Source: Octopus sinensis
Taxonomy: Eukaryota
Assembly: GCF_006345805.1 (NCBI RefSeq)
Contig: NC_043002.1
Coordinates: forward strand, 45,632,001-45,696,000
Reading direction: 5' to 3'
DNA: 64,000 nt
A program made the translations under genes and the position numbers. Shown one piece after another: positions 28,537 to 37,819 of the stretch; position 1 is the first letter of the stretch; each line of letters starts with the position of its first letter. A model generated the notes under the pieces. The model ran no database searches. It was not told where the DNA came from and saw only the letters and a list, made by a program, of their open reading frames with translations.

Positions 28537-29643
28537 ATTTATGTATCCTACTTAATGTATACATACTTGATAGTCCAATCACTGCAGTATTTTTCCTGAG
28601 GCAACATCTGTTATAGATTCACCATGTTAAAAACACAATGCATATTAGGAAGAGACAAAAATTCGTTCCAATAGCAGCTAGCAAGAGCACCAGATGAATT
28701 TTGGTCATTTTAGGCTATTTCAATGATGAATCTAGCCACATGCTCAGACAAGAATTTGTCATCTCAGATATAGGAAAAGGGGTCAGTGTTTGTTTCCTAA
28801 GGTTATCAAGTTTTGATTTGTCCAATGCTCCATTCATATCAGGGTTTAATATTTGATTTTGTCTAGTTCTGCTTGTTTGAGTTTCAAAGAAGACTGATAG
28901 TTATTACCTTTTGAAGTCATCTCTACATATTTTCTATAAAAATTAGAGCCTGCCCTGAAAGTTATGTTTCATATATGAATACTTCTATGTAAACAATGTG
29001 ATCGAGAATAGGTAATGGGTGCATATGCATATTTCTTCAGCACTACATCTAACTCATTAACCATTCACTTATAAGCCTTAAATATACTTGGTTGGATGTT
29101 ATGGTAGCATAACAAAATACAGTGTCCCTAGCAGCTGCCAGGAATGTGTTTAATATGTAAAATCAGTATATTCAATTGTGTTACACCACTAAAATTAGCA
29201 GTTATTTAAACAATGTGTTTGTAGATGGTTAATGGGTTGAATGTGATGTTGAAGAAGGAGCAAGAACCCCTGAAATATGCATGTACACCCATTCCCTATT
29301 TTGTATTTTCGATTGCATTGTTTACATAGATGTATTCGTATATGAAATGTAACTTTCAGTGTTGGCTCTAATTTCTATAGAAAATCTGTAGAGATAACTT
29401 GAAAAAGTGATATCACACTGCTAACACAGGTAGGACACAATATTGACTTATAAGCCTTTAATATACTTGGTAGTATGTTATGGTTGCATAACAAAATATG
29501 GTGTCCCTACCAGTAATTAATATGATAATTATTATATATCTCAGCTAAACACAGTGACTGAAAAAAAATCAAATCAATTTCTGGTTTCCATTTATTTCTT
29601 TTTTCTTTTAATGTTATCTCATGTTTATTCCATTGTATCTTAG

Positions 29644-29771
29644 AACAAGAACAGGAGGCTTTGATTCTCAACTGTGCTACTTGTGAAATGACATTTTTCT
29701 CTGCATGGAGCCTTGTGCAACACTGTCAGACAGAACATAGTCTGGCTTTGTTCAAAGATGGTAGACAAATC
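29644..29771 (+). CDS. Exon encoding a BCL11-type first C2H2 finger
   Basis: Acceptor ttgtatcttag and donor C|gtaagt, phase 1-0. Translates EQEQEALILNCATCEMTFFSAWSLVQHCQTEHSLALFKDGRQI; compare BCL11A [27 protein letters not shown]. Confidence 0.9.
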
Positions 29772-30509
29772 GTAAGTATACCGCAAGTTTAAATGTATCA
29801 AATGTATACTTTTCAGACAAAAAGCTGAATGTTATATTTCTTACGTATTTCTTCTCACAAATAATAATAGATAAATAACACTCTCTTTTTTTTTATCTTT
29901 CACTCATATCAATATTTTCCCTTTTTTGTTTTTCCGTAGTAAAGCTATTATTTGGGATATTAACTTTAGTGAGTCTTCAGAATTTTAAAAATCATTTACC
30001 AAATTTTAAATGTGAAGTAAGGATCTTAAGCTCTTATAACTGAAATTGTCTCTTAAAAACAAAATGAGAGGGGTGGGAGATTTTAGACTATGCAGCCATT
30101 AGGAAACTTTATTTTCACTTTAAAATGTTTATCTTTATATGCTCTGAAAATACTAGGTGAAATGGAAACAAGTGTATCACATATTTATTTTGTCTCGCAA
30201 TTGATGAACAATGTTGGTTGCAAGTTTTATAATAGGCCGATCTCTGATTCACTGTATTCTGACAGCAAGAATGCTAAGAAAGAGTCTATAACTAAGAACA
30301 AATTCGCTTAAAGGATGCTGGTGTTTTGGCTTACTTACCAATGTTTATATCTTTCATCAATATTCTCTCTCCCTCCCCTCCCTCTTCTCTCTCTCACACA
30401 TGCATGTGTTTGTCAAAAGATATTATTCATAGATGCACATGCATACACACCATAGGTTTCTCTATGTTTTTTTCTATCTTCAGTTACATTGTGTACATAA
30501 ATGTATTCT

Positions 30510-30625
30510 GTCAACCAAATCCATCCACAAGGTTTTGGTTGGCCTGGGTCAGTAGTAGAAGACACTTGCCAGGGTGCCAAGCAATGGGACTGAACCAGTA
30601 CCATGTGGCTGACCATCTTCCTTAG
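30510..30625 (-). mobile_element. Same SINE head, opposite orientation to 24452
   Basis: Reverse complement ccacatggtactggttcagtcccattgcttggcaccctggcaagtgtcttc... matches the family. Confidence 0.7.
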
Positions 30626-30967
30626 AATTATTGCAGATACTAAAAAACATCTATTGATTGTAGAACCTTTGTTTCCTAGTACTCATTACATTGGTTTAAT
30701 TTAGAATAAAGGGATTTGAAACAGGAAAAAAAAACAAAGAGTAAACATTTTCAAAAGATATTTAAACATTTGAATAAGTACCACCAAATAATGTTGATTT
30801 CCGTTACCTCGGCACAGCAAATTTTTACAAATAAGAGGTTCATAATCTCAAATTCCACTGAAGTTGAGAATTGTTCCATTTCTCCAGAGTGAATAAAAAT
30901 AATTAGAGAAACAACATCCTATGAGGTTTTAGATCTGGAGTAAATGTGTGAATCTCTATTCAAATCC

Positions 30968-31180
30968 CAAAGGCTCCCTCTCAACACATGACTATGATGT
31001 TCCTCAACTACTACTCATTGTCAGAGATGCAGATATTGTCAGCCACTAAAGGACATGTTCAAATGGTTATGGTCAAGCAACTGAAAAGCAAATCTGTGGT
31101 ATTGAGCAAAATTTTTGCTATAATGATATTTCTGCTTCAATAACTCAGCACTAAATCTGTCTGAAATGTAATGAAAAATA
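30968..31180. repeat. Interspersed repeat, inverted homolog of 19405-19587
   Basis: caaaggctccctctcaacacatg...gatatttctgcttca matches the reverse complement of 19405-19587. Confidence 0.75.
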
Positions 31181-31373
31181 GGTCAGTTTGAAAACATTGA
31201 TGCCTGGTCATGAAAGCAAAGTTTGAACGGAATAGTAGTAATTTTCTTTGATTTCTAGATAGCAGCTATCAAGAAATAACACTTACTATCAAAGACAAAA
31301 ATAAAAGAAATTTTATTACAGTGTAATGTTATTACTTTTAACCTTTTTTCTATTAAAAAGAATCCAACCTAAA

Positions 31374-31588
31374 TTAACCCTTTAGATTATTCTATCATGT
31401 AGTGCTTTTTCATTTAGATTGTTTTTAATTAATGTATTTTTTTGTAGCTTTGAAATTTTAATGATGTGATTGTATATTTTTAGAATAGCATTGAAGGGTA
31501 GGTATGACAGGCTGGATCTGGTTAGTTAGAACATAAAACAAGTTGCATATTTGGGCCGGAAGTGGCTAGTTTAAATGCCAAAGGCTTA
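31374..31588. mobile_element. TTAA-MITE, copy 3 (decayed)
   Basis: TTAACCCTTTAG ... TTTAAATGCCAAAGGCTTA; ends about 90 nt upstream of the 31679 acceptor. Confidence 0.7.
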
Positions 31589-31678
31589 GTACAAGTGTTA
31601 GTTTGAAGGTTTGGTGGAAATGCATTAATTTCCGTATTGTAGCTTTTTTTTTTTTTGCATCTGATTTTTCCCTTTCAG

Positions 31679-31783
31679 TTAGATGATTCTAATGGCACCA
31701 GTGTAAAAATAGAATTATCATCTAATGATACAACTCAAAATTCAACTGCAGTAGAAGTCAAACAGGAACCTAAAGATCAGTAG
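31679..31783 (+). CDS. Probable last coding exon of the BCL11-like gene (ends at TAG 31781-31783)
   Basis: Strong acceptor ttttttgcatctgatttttccctttcag, phase 0. Translates LDDSNGTSVKIELSSNDTTQNSTAVEVKQEPKDQ*. A donor-like G|gtaaat follows at 31790/31791. Confidence 0.75.
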   Translation, partial: LDDSNGTSVKIELSSNDTTQNSTAVEVKQEPKDQ

Positions 31784-32174
31784 TATAATGGTAAATATTT
31801 AAAATTTTTCTATTATTTACTTTACTTTTTGTATTATTTACTTCGCTTTTATTTTCGTATATTTAAAATTGCATTTTATTATTAGAAAATCTGTTACACT
31901 TCGTATTTTAACTGAAATGTTTTATTTTATTTTATTTATTTATTTCAGGAGCTGCTATAATTTTAACTTTGAAGTACATTTCACTGAAAATCCAACTGTT
32001 TTCCATTTTGGGTGTAGAATTTTCAAAGAAATCCACATATCCTATTACCCTTTCATATCATCTTTTATTGAAATTATAACTTAAGACTATACACACACAC
32101 ATATATCTCTAGAATTTCTGGCATGTTTCGAGAAATTTTCATGCCTGTGTTTTTTTCTCTCATTGTTTATACAG

Positions 32175-33300
32175 AGGATCTTCTGAAATTATTCTGTAAA
32201 TCTTTCAGTGATAGCGAGCATTGTAGAAAATCAAACCAAATACCTTAGAGTATTTAGTTTCACCCTTTTCTATGCTGAGTTTAAATCTCACTTCAGCTGA
32301 CTTTTAACCTTTCATCCTTATGAAAGCAGTAAAATATAAGTGACAGTAATATATTACTGTTGGGAAAGAGTTATTTTAATTACTTATACTTCTTCCTATA
32401 CGAAAATTTCCCTTGTATTCAATGGGAAACAATATAATCTTCATCATCATTAATATTATGAATAGTAGGATGGTGGATGGCAGAATCAGTCAAGCACTGA
32501 GGTTTGGTTTCATCTTTTAAAGCTCTGATTTCAAACCCTGTCTGGGTTGACTTTACCAATAGTCCTGCCACAGTTGATAAAATAAGTACCAGTAACATTG
32601 ATTCTTCATTCAATTCACTATACATCTCTCCTACAAACTTGTGGCCTTGCGCCATAATAAATCTTCGTCGTTGTTTTTTTTTTAACCATTATTATTATGA
32701 AATGTATTAGTACAGCAATTAGAAGTATGTTGTGTAGAAGTGTTTTATATTATTTGAATAACATCGAAAATGGAATACAAACATTCAGTTTTAATTTCAT
32801 TTCATTTCATTCTCAAAATAATTTTTACAAAGAGTTCATTTTAAACACCTCTATTGTAATTTATATAATATCAAAAATAAAAAGCCCCTCCATATTTGCT
32901 GTTGAATGTGCTACTGAGTATTATTAGCAAAAAGTAGAAGTATTTGAACTTCTCTTGTTCAACAAATTATTTATATACTTATTAATAATGCAGGTATTAT
33001 TTAATTGCTACACTCACTACCATAAAAAAAAAAAATGAAAAGAACTTGAGTCACACTGGAAGACTTCAGTAGAAGATAACCAGATTATTTGTTCCTTCTC
33101 TTATTTATTTTTATATGCATTTGTCCACAGTTGATTGTGAGTACAAGAAACATGCAAATTCTCTTCAACAATGCTACTTGTGGAAAACAAAACAAAAAAT
33201 TTCCAGTCTCATCTTTCATTAAAAATAAAAATAAATTGCAATATTCAAAAAGGACATCATTTTATATGTATTCACATGTAATAAATTTATAATGTAAGCA
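32175..33300 (+). other. Probable 3' UTR exon of the BCL11-like gene
   Basis: Strong acceptor gtttttttctctcattgtttatacag ending at 32174, no interspersed repeat recognised until about 33340, and AATAAA motifs near 33220-33285. The end coordinate is approximate. Confidence 0.4.
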
Positions 33301-33691
33301 TATGTTTTTGTTTAAATGAATTATTATTTATTTTCATCATCATCATCATACTTCTATTTTCACTGCTGATATGGAAACATAGATGAATGGTTCTATGCCA
33401 ACACAGCATATTGCCATATGTCGTGTCTTTTGATATGGTTTTTATGGCTAGATGCACTTCCTATTACCAACAACTTTTCTGCTTGGATTGGCTGCATTTT
33501 ATTGTGCTACTGAGGCTAACTCTCTTACTGCAAAAATCAGATATGATCACTTAGAATTTCATTACCCATAACTGTGTAAAACAGTTTTATATACAAATCT
33601 TTTTTCTGTTGAAAAATGTTATGCTTGAAGCTGCTTTATGCTTTTGTTGAGATATATCAAGTTTATTGAGGCAACATGATTTGCAGAAAAT

Positions 33692-33945
33692 CATCATCAT
33701 CATCATTTAACATCTGCCTTTCATGCTGGCATGGGTTGGACAGTTTTGGCATGGTTTTTATGGCTGGATAATACTAGCCATTCTGCAGAGTGGACTGAGT
33801 GAATTTTCCTTGGCACCAGCACAGATGAGGTCAGATTTGGCATGGTTTTTACAACTGGATACCCTTCCAAATGCCAAGCATTTCACAGTGTGGACTGGAT
33901 GCTTTTTACGTTGCACCAGCACTGACAGGGTCACCAAATAACTTG
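33692..33945 (-). mobile_element. (GAT)n-tailed SINE, reverse orientation (related copies near 33335-33500 -, 36355-36540 +, 41137-41295 -)
   Basis: catcatcatcatttaacatctgcctttcatgctggcatgggttggacag...acagctggataccctt is the same tail as in the 59.8-63.7 kb copies. Confidence 0.75.
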
Positions 33946-34490
33946 CAAGACAAGGAATTTTTGAGAGGGGAGGGGGAATTGGAGGAGTTGATCTTGTGTC
34001 AGATTCTATTTTTCAGTAGATATTTAACATCCTTACTGGAATAACTATGAAATTCAATTTTGTAGTTAAAAAGATAAAGAGGTTTTCTTGACCAAGACTA
34101 GAGTCTCCTACCTGTATCATTTTTGATTCACAGTTACTGCCTTCAATGTAACTTAGAGAACCCACATCTTTTCGATTTCTTTACATATTTATTTATTATT
34201 ATTTTTTGTGAGAGGTTTAGAAAAAAATAAGCATGTGAATATGACAAAACCATTTTTTTTCATTTTTGATAAAATAACGAACAGAGTAAACTATAACTTC
34301 ATGTTTCTAATAATTACTTTTGTAATCATAAGCATTTTATTGGCTGTGTGGTTATGAAACTTGCTTTGTAACCATGTGATTTCAGCTTCAGTCCCACTGT
34401 GCAGCACTTTGGGTGAGTGTTTTCTACTAATAGCACCAGGCCAGCCCATACTTTGTGAGTGAATTTGGCTGATGGAAACAATGGAAGCCA

Positions 34491-34709
34491 ATGTATATAA
34501 ATTGTGCCAAGGCTATTGTTCACAACAGAAAATGTGCAACCTGTGAAAAGGTGTGCCTTTCAGTTGGAGGATTAAAAAGGCATGTCGAAAGACCTCATAA
34601 TGTGGCACCTGTTCCCTCTGCCAGGCAGCACAGAATGTGCAAATCTTTGGCCGGGTTCAAGAGTCATACAAGGACCTCATACTTCATCATCAATGACTTA
34701 TTTCAATGA
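34491..34709 (+). mobile_element. RTE-like LINE C-terminal Cys/His motif remnant
   Basis: CATCEKVCLSVGGLKRHV...MCKSLAGFKSHTR resembles the C..C.R.C.S..GL.SH.R motif that ends RTE-clade ORFs. Confidence 0.5.
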
Positions 34710-35090
34710 TTCTTTCTAGCAATGGGTTCATTTACAAGAAAGCTGCGACTATGTATGTATCAAAAGGATGTGTTATAATACTATTCCACAGCCAAACCAA
34801 CAATCCAATTATACTGTGTCACATACACAAAAACAGCCATACCAACAATCCAACATACCTCCATCATCAGCTGCCCCGTATATATGTGTCCCACTTACCA
34901 CTTGACAACCAGTAATGATTTGATTACACCCTCATAACTTAGTGGCTTGGCAAAAGAAACTAATAGAATAAATACTGAGGTTGCTTTGTTCAACTAACCC
35001 TTCTAGGCAAGTGCTCTATGATGGCTGCAGTCCAATGACTAACTGTAAAAAGTGATTAGGCAGATGTTTTAATGTAAAGGCACTGTTGAT

Positions 35091-35310
35091 TTAACCCTTC
35101 AGCATTCAGATTATTGTCTAATGTAATACTTATTCACATTGTTTTGAATTAATCATGCATTGTCTCCTAACTTTCAGATTTTGATGTTGCAGTTGTTTAC
35201 TTTTATAATGACATTGTAGGCTAGGTGCAAGAGGCTGGATCTTGCCAGTTTGAACATAAACCAAGCAGAATATCTGGGCTGGATGGCCAGTTTAAATGCT
35301 AAAGAGTTAA
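35091..35310. mobile_element. TTAA-MITE, copy 4 (best preserved)
   Basis: TTAA-CCCTTCAGCATT ... AATGCTAAAGAG-TTAA. Confidence 0.8.
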
Positions 35311-35569
35311 TCAAGCCTTGTATTTATTTTTCTATGGATCTGTATCATCTTCATATCAGCATTAGACATTAGTGAAAGAAAATGTAATCCCCTCATTGAT
35401 TTGACTTCGACTTTTGGGACTTAAGAACAATAACAGACAGCAAAATATGTATTGGCTGTAGTGGTAGAGGTGGCAGCAACAATAGTAGTCAGTAATCGAT
35501 GTATTCTCCTGACCTGAATGGTGCTATTGAAGTAGGAATTACCCTACAAGCTTTTGTATATTGAATTAA

Positions 35570-36140
35570 AATAATAATGATAATAATGAAATTACTGTAT
35601 ACAGTGCTCAGGTGCACCACAACTTGTCAAAAAGTGCATATAAAGTATATGCAGTAATGTACAAATGTCTGGAAAGCGAACAGTGTATGAGTCAATTACA
35701 TGCTTGCATGTGTATGGAGGGGAGAAAATCAGGTGTAGTGTTGGCGAATCTCAGGAAGCATGGAAGTTTTGAAGGATGCAGTGCTCCGACAACTAACAAC
35801 TGATGCCGGCAGTCTGTTCCACGCTTCAGCAACTCTTAGCGTGAAAAAATGTTTCCGAAAGTCATGGGAGCTGTGTTGTTTTCTGACTTTGTAAACATGT
35901 CCACGGGTGTTAAACAGGTGGAGTTTGAAAAGGTGCTCAGAGTTATTGTTTGTAAGATAGTTAATAATTTTATGGGTGTCTGCCAAGTCAGACGTCGGAG
36001 TTTCAATGTGTCCATGCCCAGGGAAGTAAGGCGTTCAGAATATGGCAAATGCCTGATGGAGGGTATTCTTTTGGTTGCACGTCGCTGCATGTTTGTTACA
36101 TGCTTTCTCATTCCAAGTATCATGCTCTTCATCATGAGCA
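35570..36140 (-). mobile_element. 5'-truncated CR1-like LINE 3' end
   Basis: MQRRATKRIPSIRHLPYSERLTSLGMDTLKLRR / TRGHVYKV...RKHFFTLRVAEAWNRLP (frameshifted), followed by a short 3' UTR and an (ATT)n tail. Confidence 0.85.
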
Positions 36141-37819
36141 GAGGACACTATGTGTTTCATTGATCTGCAATGCTGAACTTGACAATTGTTTTATAACTAA
36201 GCCTGGAAAGAAACTTTTCTATAGTCAACAAGGGAACATCTGCACGGTAATTCATGATAACTGCTAGAAAAACAGGTAGTTGCATAAATCTCCCTTGAAC
36301 CAAACTCTACTTTTAATTCTAACATCATAAAACCAAGGTGCTGTGTAAAAACCACTGGTGCCATATAAAAAGCACCCAGTACATTCTGTAAAGTGGTTGG
36401 TGTTAGAAAGGGTATCCAGCTGTAGAAACCAGACCAAAACAGACTGGAATGTGGTGCAGGCCCTGGTCTTGCCTGATTCTGTCAAGGTGTCCAACCCACG
36501 CCAGCATGGAAACCTAATGTTAAATGATGATAATAATGATCTTTTGATGCCAACCCCCTTAAAAACTACTTCTGGTTATACGATAAAAACTTAATACTTA
36601 AAATGATTTAAATTATAACTTTCCATTAACATCTCATGTTGATTTATATCCTAACTCAGTAATGGCTAAGTTATATTACTAAATCATTATTTTTAAAATG
36701 AATTGAAATAAAAGGCTGTGTGTTTCAGCAGAATTGTAGTAATGAAAGGGTTAAAAAGAAAAAAAATGGAAAATATTGATGAATGTAATCATAGATGTAT
36801 GAAAAGACAAAATGACCATTGAGATCACTGTGATAATAATAGTTCTGCTCAAATTGGGCTGAAATGAGACTGAGTACCAACAAGTTTTCTAATGAAAGTA
36901 GAGTAGGTTAAGCATTTATTAAGGATGTTTGTAATCTGGAAAAATGAAACTGACTTTTTATTGCACTTCTGTGAGATAATTTAATGTTGATTCATAGATT
37001 AGTCTTGTGATACTTAACACTGAATGAAAAAAGAGAACAACCTTTTAACAGGATTTTATAGCTTGTATTCCACTCACAAAGCTGCCCATAAAACCTGGCA
37101 AAAATGATATCCTAGTTGAATATAATACTGATTGTTGTAACATAGTAAATACTTGCCTAGTATCATCTTGACACTTACTATGATATTTGAACTCGATTCT
37201 GTTGAGCTTCTGCTGTTTTGACCATCTCCACAAACTGCAAAATTATTGGTGTAACTGAAGACTTTTGTTGTTCAGTCCCAGATCAGCTCTGATATTGCAA
37301 CCCCCCTCTCTCTCTCATAAACACACACAAACCACATTAGGTGGGGAGATTAGTTGATAGCACCTCAAAACAAAACTAGGGAAAAAATAATTCCGAGGTC
37401 GGGGGGTGGGGATTTCCCTGATGTAAGTTGACTGGGAACCTGGAGCTATAAATAGTGATGAGCTCCTCAAACTGCACAAATTGTGTATCATGTTCTTTGT
37501 CTTTGTTGTACACATTTCTTACAAAAGATTTAATGCTCTTAGCTTAGACTTTTTTGGGGGCAACCAGATTGAAGTCTGCCCATAGACCCACAACCCTGAA
37601 AACCACAACTTAATCCATGCAATGTCCTATTGGGATATAATAAATACACATGGAAATATGGGGAATCAGTTGATCGATTGGTTACAGAAACAAAAACAGT
37701 TCGAAAATATCCCCAGTATTCTGTATTAACAACTGCATAAGATCCATTTTTGCCCATTCAGCAGACAGAAACCACAGTTCAAACACCAGAATCTACAGTA
37801 TATATATATATATGTACAT

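Noticed and set aside
37408-37418. Perfect kB site GGGGATTTCCC
   Set aside because: It lies about 17.6 kb from MyD88 in TE-rich sequence, and roughly one such site is expected by chance in a window this size.
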